DNA from: Scenedesmus sp. PABB004
Taxonomy: Eukaryota
NCBI GenBank assembly: GCA_014905635.1
Contig: JABVCE010000022.1
Coordinates: 372,001-436,000, forward strand
Direction of reading: 5' to 3'
DNA length: 64,000 bases
The notes under the pieces: model-generated
The model's database searches: none
Seen by the model: only the letters and a program-made list of their open reading frames with translations
Told to the model about the DNA's origin: nothing
Part shown: positions 24,864 to 36,630 of the stretch, piece by piece
Numbering within the stretch: position 1 is the stretch's first letter
Layout: each line of letters opens with the position of its first letter
Made by a program: the position numbers and the translations under genes

Positions 24864-27800
24864 TCAGCACAGCGGCCTGGGGCCGTCGGGGCCGTTGAGC
24901 GCGGCGAGGCGCTCGCGCAGCGTGCCCAGCACGTCCGCGACTGGCGGCAGCTCCCCCGCGGGCGGCAGCGCCTTGGCCGCCGCAACCAGCGCCGCGCGCG
25001 CCTTGCTGCCGCCACCGTCGCTGCCGTGCGGCGACGGCGACCGGCCGCCGGCGCCGTTGGCGGCGGGCGCGGCGCCATTGGCGGCGGCGTCCCCGCCCGC
25101 GCCGCCGAGCGGCGGCAGCGGCAGCGCGGCCTCCGGCACGAACCAGGCGGCCAGGCGGTCCGCAAACTGCTGCGGGTGCTTCGCCAGGATGGCCTCCCAG
25201 TCGACCTGCGGCGCGCGCGGGGCGTGCGACGGGGCGCTCCCAGTCGGCGGCGGCGCTCGGCGCGCGCGGCCGGGCGCTGCCGTGCGCGCCGCCGCCGCCG
25301 CGGTGCCGGGCGCGCCTGGTAGTCCTGCGGGATGGGCGCCGTGGCGGGCGCGCCGGCGGCCCAGAAGAGGCCCAGCATCGTCGCGTAGCCCACCGCCGCG
25401 GTGCCGCGCGCGAGCGGCATGAAGTTGTACCTGCGCGGCGCGGGCCGGTGTGTGTTATCCACTGTGTGAGCCTGGTCACGAGCCCTAGTCTTTATTGTAA
25501 TGTAATTCGAGCCTTTTTGGGCCCGGCGCGCACCAGTAGTAGGCGTAGCTGAGGATTGCGGCCGCCGCGGCGGGCGTGTCGCGCGCCGACAGCGCTGCGA
25601 GCACGCGCTCCCAGGCTGCCTCGAGCTCCGCGTCAAACTCCTTCCACCTGTGTGGCCCCCCCGGCGGGCGGGGCGGATGGGGCGGGGCGGGCGGGGCGGC
25701 GGCGGACGAGGCGTCGTGGGTCGGCCCGGCTCGGCAGCCGCCGCGCAGAGGCTCGCCGGCCGGAGGGGCGAGGGTGGACGCGGCCCGCGCGGCCGGCGCC
25801 GCGGCGCGCACCGCGGCGGCGTGACGGGCGTGCGGATGCTGAACTCCACGGCGTCTGGCTGGTTGGGCACCTTGACGAGCGTCAGCCGCGTGCCCTCAAT
25901 GCACCCGGGCGGCACCATCGCGTCTGGCGAGGGGGACGAGAGGGACGAGGGAGGGCGGGAGGGAGGCGTCAGTGGGGCGAGTCGCGACCGGCGGCGGCGC
26001 GGCGGACAGCGCGCGGCGCGCGGCGCACGCACGCACCCGAGATGCGCTTGGGCGGGCTCGCGCCGCGGCGCGGGCTCGCACCCGCGCCGCCGGCCGCGGG
26101 CGCGTGGCCGCTGCCCTTGCCGCCGCCGTCGCCGCCGCTGCTGCTGCAGTCCGCGCCGGCGGCGCCGCCCTCGGCGGCCTGCTGCGCCTTGAGCAGGGAG
26201 TGCAGCGGCACCACCACCCAGCTGTCTTGCCTGCGCACGCAGCGCGCGGCGGCGTCGGCGCCGGCGCCACCAGTGCAGCGCAGCCCAGCCCAGCCCGCAG
26301 CCCAGCAGCCGCCCTCGCGGCGCACCCACCCGATGATGTTGTACAGCTCCAGCGCCGTGGTCGCGCGCCGCACCGCCTCCTGCTTCTCCGCGCTGCCCAG
26401 CGGCACCTCGCGGTTGGCCGCGTCGTACGCGTGCCCCCGCTGCGCGGCGCGGCGCGGCGGCGGCCGGCGGCGGACGCGGACGCGGACGTCAGCGGCGGCA
26501 CGCTGCTGACGCACACAGGCTAACGCGGCGCCGCGGGCCTCCGGACGCGCGCGCGGCGCGGCGGCTGCCCGCGCGGCGCACCTCGAGCAGGCAGTCCTTG
26601 GCGAGCTGCAGGGCGCGGGCAAAGTTCATGTAGTAGCGCACGCACTTGGTCTGCCCGCTATACATCGGCGTGTGGCTGCCAAAGCCGGCCTCGAACTCGC
26701 GCCGCGTGAGGCGGTCGACCCACACGACCTGGTCCGCCGGCTCCGACAGCTGCCGCCACCTGCGGCGGCCGGGGCGCGCGCGCGCGCGGTCGGCGGCCGG
26801 CGGCGCGGCGGCGCGGCGCGAGGGCGGCGTCGAGCGCCCGCCCGCGCCGCGGCGCCGCCCCCGGCGCGGGGCGCTCACTTGACGACGATGTCCATGGCGT
26901 CCCGCCAGCCGAAGAGGTGCCGCCCGCTGCAGCCGCCCTGCCCGCTCGCGCCGGCGCTGTTGACCCACAGCCCGTCGCGCCCCGCGGCGCGCTCCGCCAG
27001 CACCGCGCCGACCGCCTGCGCGAGCTCCGCGGCGGCGTAGCCCGCCGCGCGCTGCTGGCGCACGTTGGGCAGGAAGCCCTGCGCGGGGCGCGAGGCGCGG
27101 GGCGGGGGCGGGCGTGAGGGCGGCGCGCGGCGCGGCGCCCGGAATCGTCCCCGGCGGTGTGCAGCGCGTGCTTCCCGCTCGCCGCTCCCCGCTCCGAGCC
27201 GCCGCTCCCTGGCCGCGCACACCTGGTGGTAGTTCTGCAGCAGCGCCCCCACCGTGTCGGCCGCGCCCGTGAGCGCGGCGACCTGGTCGGGCCGGCCGGC
27301 GCCGCCGCCGGCGCCGTCGCGCGCGCCGCCGCCGGAGCCGCTGCCGCGGCCCTCCGCCGGCAGCGGCGGCTGCAGGCTGTACGTCGCAAACAGCTCCTGG
27401 CTGGGCGGGCCCTTCTTGCACCAGCACTCCTGCGCGCCGTGCACGGACGGCGCGGGCGCGTGAGCAGCGCCGGCCGCCGAGGGCGCGCAGCGCGCCCGGC
27501 CGCCGCATCGCGGCCCGCGGCGCGGCCGCCATCGCGCCACCCCCGCCGCGCCTTGAACAGCGGCGGCAGCTCGCTGTCGAGGCAGAGGTCTGCCGCGCGG
27601 CGGTGCGCCGCGTGCGCGGCGAAGAGCGCCATCTCGCGCTGGTAGAAGCAGAGGAACTGCGCGGTGCTGCGCGGGGTTTAGCGGCGCGGGGCGGCGCGGG
27701 GTTTAGGGGCGCGGGGCGGCGCGGGGTTCACAGGCGCGCGGCGCGGGGTTGAGCGGCGCGCGGCGCGGGGCCCCCGGGCGCGGGGCGCGGGGCGCGGGGC

Positions 27801-30763
27801 GCGGGGCGCGGGGCGCGGGGCGCGGGGCGCGGGGCGCGGGGCGCGGGGCGCGACGGGAGCCGCTGAGCTGCACCGCCGCTGCCGCTGCGGCGGGGCGGGG
27901 CCGCCGGGCCGCGCGCACCGGCTCTCCTCGCCCGCGGGGCCGTCGTCGGCGCGCGGCGGCGCGTTCATGCAGGCCTCGTAGTCGGCGACCGCGGCGCGCG
28001 TGGACCCGAGCGCGTGGTGGCAGATGGCGCGCAGGTACAGCAGCTCCACGCGCTGCGTGGGTGGGTGGGCGGGTGGGGGGGGGTGTGGGGGGGAGTTGAT
28101 GCGGGCGTGAGTGGCGAGGGAGGTGCGAGGGGGCGCGAGGCGGCGCGGCACGCGGGAGGCGTGCGGGCGGCGGCGCGGCGGCGAAGGCGACAGAGCGGCG
28201 CGGCCGCGTGCGGGGCTCACCTGCTCGGGGCGCTTGAAACCCAGCGCCTTGTCAAGCAGCTTGATGGCGTCCGCCTGCCGCCCCTGGCCCTGCCGCATCG
28301 TGGCCAGCAGGCGGTACGCCGCGAGGCACGGCGCGCCGTCCAGCGTCATCGCCTGCGGGGCGGGCGCGGGGGCGGGCGGGCGGGCGCGGCGCGGGCGGGC
28401 GGGCGCGCGCGTGGGCGGGCGGTGTGCGAGCATTCGCCGGCACAGAGGGTGGTGGCGCCGGCGCGGCTGCGCGGCGCCCCCTGCGGCGCTGCGGCGCGGC
28501 GCGCGCCTGCGTGAGCGCGCGCTCCGCCTCGCGCACGCGGCCCTCCTCCTTTAGCGCCTGCCCGAGGTTGAGCACCGCCTCGCGCAGCCCCGGGTCGAGC
28601 GACAGCGCGCGCTCGTACGCGGCGCAGCCCGACCGGATGTCACCCATGCTCACGCGGCAGAGGCCAAGGTAGTTCCACGCCTGCGGCGGCGCAGCGGTGG
28701 CGACAGACGAGGCCGTGGGCGGCGGGCGGCCGTGGGCGACGGGCGGCCGTGGCCGCCCGCGCCGCGGCGGGGCGCGGGCGCAGGGGCCCTCGGCCGCGGG
28801 CGCCGGGCGAGGCGGCCCCGCGCCTGCGCGTTGGAGGGGTCGAGCTCCGTGGCCTTGGCCAGCGCGCGCGCCGCGCGGCGGTAGTCCCGCAGCTTCTGGT
28901 ACAGCATGCCGCGCTCTGCCGCGCGGGCGCGGCGCGGGGGGAGGGAGAGGAGCGGCGTGGGCGCGGCGGAGCGGCGGAGCGGCGGCGGCGGGCGAGCAGC
29001 GGCCGTGCCCCGGCGAGCGCGCGCGCGCGCACCCGCGTGGCAGTCGCCCGCGCCGCCGCCGGCGAGCGCGTCGGCGCCGGCGGGCAGGTCGGCCATGAGC
29101 TTAGCGGCGCGGTCGAGGTCCTCCAGCGCGCCCGCGTGGTCGCCGAGCGCGCTGCGCGCCTGCCCGCGGCGCTTGTAGGTGTCAGGGTAGCTGCGGGCGC
29201 GGACGCGGGCGCGGTGGGCGCGGACGCGGTGGGCGCGGACGCGGACGCGGTGGGCGCGGCGCGGACGCGGAGGTGGTGGCTCGGCGGCGGACGTGGCGGG
29301 CGCGGCGGCGGCCGTGCGGCGGCAGCACTGGCGCTCCCCCCCCCCCCCCCCGCCGCGCACCGCGGCTCGATGAGGATGGCGGCCGAGAAGTCCTCGACCG
29401 CCTCCTTGAGCCGGCGGCGCAGCGCGCGCGCCGTGCCGCGCGCGACGAGCGCGCTGAGGTCGGCCGGGTTGGTCGCGAGCACGCCGTCGAGCAGCCCCTC
29501 AGCCTGCTCCACCTGGCCCGCGTTGATCTGCGGCCGAGCAGACCGCACAAGCGGCCCGGCCGATCAGGACGCAGCGGCGCGGGCAGGGCGCGGCGGCGGC
29601 GCGCGCGCTCGCGCGCAGGCAGCGGCGCCCGGGCAGCGGGGCGCGCCCACGCACCTGGTTGATGGCGATCTGCAGCGCCGCGCTGCTCTGCGCCATCTGC
29701 TGCACCTGCTGCCCGAAGCTGCCCGCCGCCGCGCCGCCGCCAGCGCCCGCCGCCTGCTGCTGCTGCTGCTGCGCGGCGCAGTCAATCTCCTCCACGCCCT
29801 CGGCCGCGCCGCCGCCGCTGCCGGCCGTGGCGCGCTTGCCGCCGCCAGCGGGCACGGCCGCCGCGCCGCTGGCGGGCTTCAGGAAGCCCTTGGCCAGCCG
29901 GGGCTTGGCCCCCGTCGCGGGCGCGGCAGCGCCGCCGCCGCCGCCTGCCACGCCGTTGGCCTTGGCCGCGGGCGGCGCCTGCGCGGCCGCGCCGCTGTCC
30001 ACCGCCGCCTCGGCCGCCGACGTGTCGGGCGTGCCCGGCGCCGCCGCCGCCGCCGGTGCCGCGCCCGTCGCTGGGGCCGGCCCGGCCGGCGGCGGCGCGG
30101 CGGCGCCGGGCGCCTGCAGGGCCACCTGGATCTCCAGCAGCACCTCCAGGTCCGAGGCGGGGTCGGCGAGGCCGGCGGCGGTCTGCCACACGGCACGCGC
30201 CTCCTGCGTTGGCAGGCGGCGCGGGCGGCCTGCGCGGCGCGGCGCGGCCCGCGGCTGCCGCGCACCGGCCCCGCCGCGCGCGGCGCCGCTGCGCGCCGCC
30301 GCGGCCGCGGCCACTCACCGCCAGCTTGCCCAGCGCGCTCAGCACCTGCCCCTTGCGCAGCAGCGCGCTCACGTTGCTCGGCTGCAGCACCAGCGCGGCG
30401 TCATAGTCCTGCGGCGCCCGGCGGGCGGGCCGTCGGCGGGCTGCCGGGCTGCCCGGCGGCCGCCGCTTGGCGCGCATGCTGGCACGGCGGCGCGCGGAGC
30501 AGCAGCGGCGCCGCGCTGCCCGCTGCCGCCGGCCGGTCGCGCGCGCGGCGGGCGCGCCGGCGCGCCTTGAGGGCGGCGCGGGACAGGCCGAGGCGCTGGT
30601 TGCACAGCCCCCGGTTGAGGTGCAGCGCCGCGAGGCGGTGCAGCGCGGCGCTGGCCTCCGCGCGCGCTTCGCCCAGGGCCGCGTCCACCGCCTTCAGCGC
30701 GGCGCCAAAGTCCGCCTGCAACGCCAGAGCAGCGAAGCCAGGCGGTGACGGTGGAGGCGCCAT
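24864..30763 (-). CDS. TPR protein of the SRFR1/TTC13 family, multi-exon
   Basis: Several TPRs (LHLNRGLCNQRLG, ALVARGTARAL, YKRRGQARSALG, AWNYLGLC, LNLGQALKEEG); RWRQLSEPADQVVWVDRL..FEAGFGSHTPM; FSIRTPVTPPRW; YYW/YNFMPLARGTAAVG; QVDWEAIL. Confidence 0.88.
27776..27852. repeat. (GGGGCGC)n heptamer microsatellite, intronic
   Basis: About 10-11 tandem units in an SRFR1 intron. Confidence 0.9.
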
Positions 30764-31249
30764 GGCGCGCGCCCAAGCGTGCCGGCGAAGGCGCGCGAGG
30801 TCTTGATGGCCCGCCCCGGCCGATCGCCCCCGCTGCGAGGCGGACGCGCAAGCCGTGTCGACGCGGCGGGACGCCGGCGACCGGCAAGCGCGGCGCGGGA
30901 GGGCGAGGGGGGCGCGCAGCGCGGCGCGGTGCAGCGCGGGGCCCTCGTGACAGCTGCTGCCACCACCACGCGCGCGCAGCGCCTGCCCACTCCCACAGTC
31001 CCCCCGCCTGTCAGGCACGCACCCCGCAGAGCAGGCGCCTGGAAGCAACAGCAGGCAGCAGCACCCCGCTCCGTTCGCGCGTGCGCGCAGCCAGGGCCGC
31101 CACACCCTCTCGCCGCCGCTCCCCCGCGCGCCCGAGGGGGCCCCCCACCCGCCCGGCCCGCCGCATGGCGCGGCGCTGAGCCGCGAGCCGGCGGCGCGCG
31201 TCGGCGCGGCCTGGCGTCGTCGCCCGGCGGCATCGGCCCGCGGGCACCG

Positions 31250-32434
31250 ATGGCGGGCCTGGGCGCGCTGCTGGGCGGCTACGGCAGCGATGACGACGAC
31301 GGCGAGCAGTCCTCGGGTGCGTCGCGCGCCGCGGCCGGCAGCAGCGCCGGCGACGGCGGCAGCAGCGGCGGCAGCAGCAGCAGCGGGCGCGGCGGAGAGA
31401 GCAGCGGGCGCGGCAGCGGGCGCGCGGGCACGCGGGCGCGCCCCCGCCGACGGCCCCCGCAGCGCACGCGCCGCCCGCGCGCGCGCCGCCCACGCGCGCC
31501 CGCGCGTCTGCCCGCGCCCGCAGCCTCCTCGCCGCGCGCGCCGCTGGCGGGCATGCTGCCGGCGCAGTCGGGCTCGCTCAGCCCGCCGGACGCGGGCGCG
31601 GGGCCGCCCGGCGCCGGCGACGCGGGCGGCGTGCGCGTGATGGACGGCCCGTCGACCAACCCCGAGCCGCCGCCGGAGGGCCTGTCGCCGCCGCGCGGCG
31701 CCGGCGACGACGGCGCGCCCGGCGGCGACGGCGCGCCGCCGCCCGACGACGGCGGCGCGCCGCCGGCGGGGCACCCGTGCTGCGCGCTGCCGCCGGAGCT
31801 GCGCGAGCCGGCGCCGGGCGAGCTGCCCGCGTTCACGCGGCGCGAGATGGCGGGGCTCGCGGCCAAGGTCCGCGCCGCGGCCGCGGCGGGCAAGGGCCCC
31901 GACGCCTTTGTGGAGCACTTTCGGGCGCAGCGGCGCTGGAACAACCCTGACTTCCTGGAGAAGATGGTCGCCTTTTACTCGCTCGACCAGTACGGCTCGG
32001 CGCTGCCGCGCGAGGTCTGGGACCCGTCGGCCGTGCCCGACGAGGACCGCTGGCCCGCGCTCGCGGCGGCGCTCGCGGCGCGCAAGCGCGCGCGCGGCGC
32101 CGAGGTGCGCTTCACGAGCGCCGGCCCCGCGGCGCCGCTCGGGCTGCCGCCGCACCCGGGCGGCGGCGGCGGCGGCGCGGCGCTCGCGGGCGCGCCTGGC
32201 GGCATGGCGGCGGCGGCAGCGGCCGCCGCCGCCGCGGCGGGCCTCGCCACGCAGCCGGGCATGGGCGGCGTCGGCGCGGCGGCCGCGGCCGCTGCCGCCG
32301 CGGCGGCGGCGGCCGCCGCGGCGGCGCCGAAGATGCTGCCGCCGGACCCGCGCAAGCTGGAGCAGCTGCAGGCGCTCGCCAACGCGCTCGCCGCCTCGGG
32401 CGGCGCGGCCAAGCGGTCAAAGTGGGACAAGTGA
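31250..32434 (+). CDS. SAP30BP: SAP30-binding protein (HCNGP family)
   Basis: N-terminal LLGGYGSDDD; core RAQRRWNNPDFLEKMVAFYSLDQYGSALPREVWDP; C-terminal KRSKWDK; probable in-frame intron ~31317-31523. Confidence 0.85.
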   Translation: MAGLGALLGGYGSDDDDGEQSSGASRAAAGSSAGDGGSSGGSSSSGRGGESSGRGSGRAGTRARPRRRPPQRTRRPRARRPRAPARLPAPAASSPRAPLAGMLPAQSGSLSPPDAGAGPPGAGDAGGVRVMDGPSTNPEPPPEGLSPPRGAGDDGAPGGDGAPPPDDGGAPPAGHPCCALPPELREPAPGELPAFTRREMAGLAAKVRAAAAAGKGPDAFVEHFRAQRRWNNPDFLEKMVAFYSLDQYGSALPREVWDPSAVPDEDRWPALAAALAARKRARGAEVRFTSAGPAAPLGLPPHPGGGGGGAALAGAPGGMAAAAAAAAAAAGLATQPGMGGVGAAAAAAAAAAAAAAAAAPKMLPPDPRKLEQLQALANALAASGGAAKRSKWDK

Positions 32435-32618
32435 GGCCGGGCGGGTGGGCGGTGGTGGGCGGGCGGCGCCGCGGCGCTGCACCGCGCGGCGGGGGCGCGC
32501 GAGAGCCGCTGAAACGCCGGATCGGGGCTCGCCGCCGCCGCGCGGAACAACGCGGTCCGTTGTTTAACTACGACGGGCGCGCCCGCCCGGCAATCCGCGC
32601 GCCGCACGCCGCCCGCGC

Positions 32619-33748
32619 TCACGCCGCCACGAGCTCGGGGCGCGCGGCCTCGCACCACTCCGCCACGCCGGGCTGGGCCACGAACGCGCGGAAGAAGCCG
32701 TGCAGCTTGGGGTGGTCCGCCCAGAGCGCGTCGTCCGCGCCAAACATCGCAATGTCGTCCCACAGCAGCGCGGCGAGCTGGCAGTCCGCGTAGCTCGGGC
32801 CAGCCGCGAACAGCGCCGCCCCCCTGCCGCCGCCGCGCGCGAGCAGCGACTCAAATACACCGTAGTGGTGGCGCCGCTTGCCGGCGTCGTCCTTGTATGC
32901 GGCTTTGGAAGCCTCGTCGCCCATCGCCGCGGCGTGCCACGCGGTCCTGCGCGGCGCGGCGCGGCGCGGCCGCGGGCGGCCGGGGTCGCGGCGTGCCGCG
33001 TGCTTCGCCCGTGCTCGGCCCGCGCGCCGCCGCGCGCGCCGCCTGCGCCGCGCCGCGCTGCGCCGCGGCTCCACCTGAACTCCACGGTCATGTCCGCCGC
33101 CACGTCCTGCTCGAAGTCATGGTCCGTGTCGTCCCCGTAGCTGCCCAGGGCCTTGGCCATCTTTCGCAGCGTCGCGAGGGACTCGACGTGCGGCTTGCCG
33201 CCCAGGTGCACGACCGGCAAGTGCCCCGTCAGGCTCTCGCCGCTCGCCACCGCCGCGGCCTTGGCCCCGGCCTTCCACTCGTCGAGGGTGAGCGTCACGT
33301 CCTCAAACCTGCGCGCGCGCGGCGGCGCACGGCGGGCGCGGCTCGGCTGCGCGCGTGGCGGCCGCTGGCAGGTGGCGGGCGGCGGGCCCGACCGCGGCGG
33401 CGAGCGCTCAGCCGCGCGCGCGCGGCGGCCGCTGGCAGGTGGCGGGCCCGACCGCGGCGGGCGCGGCTCGGCTGCGCGCGCGGCGGCCGGTGGCGGGCGC
33501 CCGACCGCGCGGTCTCACTTGATGTCGTTCACCAGGAAGAAGAACCTGCGGGGCGGGTGCCGCGGGGGGTGGGATGGGCGTGCGGCCGCGCGCCGAGCAG
33601 CAGCAGCAGCAGCGGCGCCGGCGCCGGTGCCGCCGCGCGAGCCGCCTGCCGGGCGTGCGCGCCTGATGCCGCCCCCCAGACCACAGAGGCCGCCCCATCC
33701 GGAGAGGTCGAAGTACTTCAGCGTCGGCGTGCCCAGGGCGGCGGCCAT
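32619..33748 (-). CDS. Glutathione S-transferase (Tyr-type N-terminus), 4 exons
   Basis: TLKYFD..GIR/FFF..IK/FEDV, GHLPVV (cis-Pro loop), ESLATLR, C-domain N-capping PSYADCQL, HPKLHGF..PGVAEW. Confidence 0.88.
33335..33510. repeat. Intronic minisatellite, three ~55-70 bp units
   Basis: Repeats of gctcggctgcgcgcg..ggcggccgctggcaggtggcgggcccgaccgcggcgg in a GST intron. Confidence 0.8.
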
Positions 33749-33993
33749 CTCGGCGAGCGGCACGCTGACGAGGGCAGGGAGGTCGTGCTGGGCGGAGGAC
33801 GAGACCTCTGCGGCGGGCGGTGTTTGTGGCGGTCGCGGGGGGCAGGAGGTGGTTGCGGCGGCAGTTCGGCGGTCGTCACACCCGGCGGCGTCACCCCGCG
33901 GTCGTCCGCTGCCCTCGCGGCGCGCCGTCGCGAGGCTGTGTCGGACGCGCTGCCTGCGGGGCTGCCGCTGCGCACTCGCTGACGGTGCAGGCG

Positions 33994-33998
33994 TTACA
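33994..33998 (-). promoter_or_regulatory. Candidate chlorophyte poly(A) signal TGTAA for the LUX-like gene
   Basis: TTACA on +, ~690 nt past the stop; the pentamer is rare at this GC content. Confidence 0.45.
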
Positions 33999-34687
33999 TG
34001 ATGGGACGCGCGCGCGCGCGCGCCGTCTGGTCAACCCCGCCGGCTGCTCAACTCGGGGCAGCCCCCGCGCCGGTCCGCTGCGCGCGCCGGGAGGCGGCGG
34101 ACAGGATGTCAAGGATGCAAAGGATGCACGGATGCTGGTAGTACTAGGACAGAGGCTGTTCGTCTTGCCGCTGCCGGGGGGCAGCACGCTGGGGGGCAAC
34201 ACAGGCCCGTGACGCCCTCGACACCACACCACCCCGCGCGAGCGGCAGGCCCTCTGGGGAGGACGAATGGAGGCGCGCCGCACGCGCATCCATCTTATCG
34301 AACACCGCCGCTCACTCACAGTGCCCTCAGAGCGCCCTCGGAGCGCCGCACCGTGCCAGGTCGGGCGGCGGCGCGCGCTCCGCGCAGACGCGCGCCGCCG
34401 CAGCCGCTCGCCACAGTCCCTCACCCCCACCACACCACACAGACACACACACCAAGTGCTGCTGCGCCTCGGCGCCGCGCCCCAGCGGCAAGGCGCCGCG
34501 CGCCGGGCGCCCACATGGGGCGCGGACGCGAAAGGACGGTGGCGGCCTGGGGCCCCACACGCGATGCGCGCGCGCGCGGCGGGGACCACGGCCTGCTTCC
34601 ACAAAGCACAGATGCCTCCGCACACGTGATCAGATCAGATGGTCGGCCGCCGCGCGAGGGTGCGGCGGCAATGCGGACAGCTGTGCA

Positions 34688-36598
34688 TCACCCCTCGCCC
34701 GCGCCTGCTGCCTGCGCCGCGTCGGCCGCGCCGCCGTCCGCGTGGGCCGCGGCGGCGGCGGTGGCGGCCGCCGCCAGCGCCGCGAGCGCGCCAGGCAGGC
34801 CGCTGGCGTCGCCGCCCGCCGCGTAGTGCGCCTGCGGCTGGCCGGCCGGCGCCGGCGCGGCGCCGCCCAGCAGCCCCAGCTGGTTGGCCGCCAGCAGCAG
34901 CAGGCTCGGGTTGAGCGCGGCGCTGCCATGCCCAAAGCTGCCGGCGCCGGCGGCCGGGCCCCGCACCCCCGCCGCCGCTGCGCCGAGGCCGGCGAGCTGG
35001 CTCAGGCCGGCGAGCGCGGGCAGGCCCTGCAGGCCGCCGAGCCCCGCCGCCGGCGTCGCGCCGTAGCTTGCCGCTCCGCCGACGCCTAGGACGCCCAGCG
35101 CCGCCAGCAGCGAGGAGGGGCCGGCGCCGCCGCCCGCCGCCGCCGCCGGCGGCGCCGGCGCCGCCGCGCCGTAGCTGGCCGCTCCGCCGCCGCCGCCGCC
35201 GCCGAGGGCGCCGAGCGCGGCCAGCAGCGAGGAGGGGCCGGCGCCGCCGCCCGTCGCCGCCGCCGCCGCCGCCGCGAGCAGGGACTGCGCGGCGCACGGC
35301 GCCTGCGGCGCGGCGCCGGCGCCGCTGCCAAAGATGGCGGCCAGCGCAGCGAGGACGACGGGGTTCATCGCCTGCAGGTTCTGCAGGCCGTGCATGAACA
35401 CGCCGGGGCTGATGCCCGCGGCGGCGGCGAGCGCGGCGGCGGCGCCGACCGCGCCCGCCGCGCCCGGCGCGGCGCTCGTCGCGCCGCCGCTGCTCGCGGC
35501 CGCGGCCGCGCCGCCCGCGAGCTGCGCCAGCATGTCGGCCAGCGCCCCGCTGCTGCTCTGGCTGCCGCCGCCGGCGGCGGCGTAGTGGTAGCCGCCAAAG
35601 CCGGCGGGCGCGTACGCCGCGCCGGCGGCGGCGTGCTGCGCGTAGCCGCCGGCCGCCGCCGCGGCGAGCTCCGGGCCGAGGCCGCCGCCCGTGGCGGGGT
35701 GCGAGGCGGGGTGGTGCGGGTAGTGCGCGAAGGGCGAGCCGCCGGCGCCGCACGGCTCCGGCGCCGCGCCGCCGCCGCCGGCGTAGCGCGCCGGCACGCC
35801 CACCGCGCCCCCGCCGCCGGCGGCGCCGGCGGCGGCGCGCCGCGGCGCGCGCTGGCCGGCCATCGCGGCCGCGATGTGGTCGAGCGCCTCGGCGCTGAGC
35901 GGCGTGCCGGGCGGCAGCCCCGCGACGCGCTTCAGGTAGAGGCGGTACTTCTGCAGGTGGCTTGCCACGTTCTCACGCGTCATCCCCGGCACGCCCATCA
36001 TCGACAGGATGGTCTTGGGCACCGCGTTGCGGATGCCCAGCTGCGCCACGGCGGCGAGGAAGCGCGCGTGCAGCTCGGGCGTCCAGATGAGCCGCGGCCG
36101 CTTGCTGCCGCGCCGCGCGCCGCCCGGCGGGTCCGCGCCGGGCTCGCCGTCGCCGTCGGCGTCGTCGCCCTCCGCCTCGGTCTCGCCCTCCTCGCCCATG
36201 CCGTCAAACGCGTCGGCGTCGCCGCCCAGGCTCGCGCCAGCGGACGCCGCGCGGGCCGCCTGCATGCCCGCGGCGTCGCCCGGCGCGCCCGCCCCGCCGC
36301 GCCGCCTGCGTCGGCGGCGGCGGCGTCTGGCATGGCGGCGTCCTGCGCCTCCTGCTGCGTCGGCGAGGCGCCCTCGCCCGCCGTAAGCAGCTTGGGCCGC
36401 TTGGCGAGCTGCAGGGCCTGGCCCTCCTCGCCGCTGGCCTCGCTGCTGCCGCCGCCGCTGCCAGCGGCGCCCGGCTCGTGGCCGCGCTTGTGGTGCGGCT
36501 GCTTGCGCGGGTCGGCGGCCGCCGACGACTGCGGCTCCTGCTGCTGCGAGGCCTGCATTGACTGGAGCTGCTCGCGCACCCAGCGCTCCGCCTGCTGC

Positions 36599-36630
<32 letters not shown>

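Noticed and set aside
33335..33510. CRISPR-like array from spaced repeats (also 27673-27852 and 59011-59143)
   Set aside because: Intronic mini/microsatellites without unique spacers; eukaryotic context; no cas genes.
35925..36105. Type-B response regulator
   Set aside because: The GARP motif is present but no receiver domain was found; the sequence fits the LUX/PCL1 type better.
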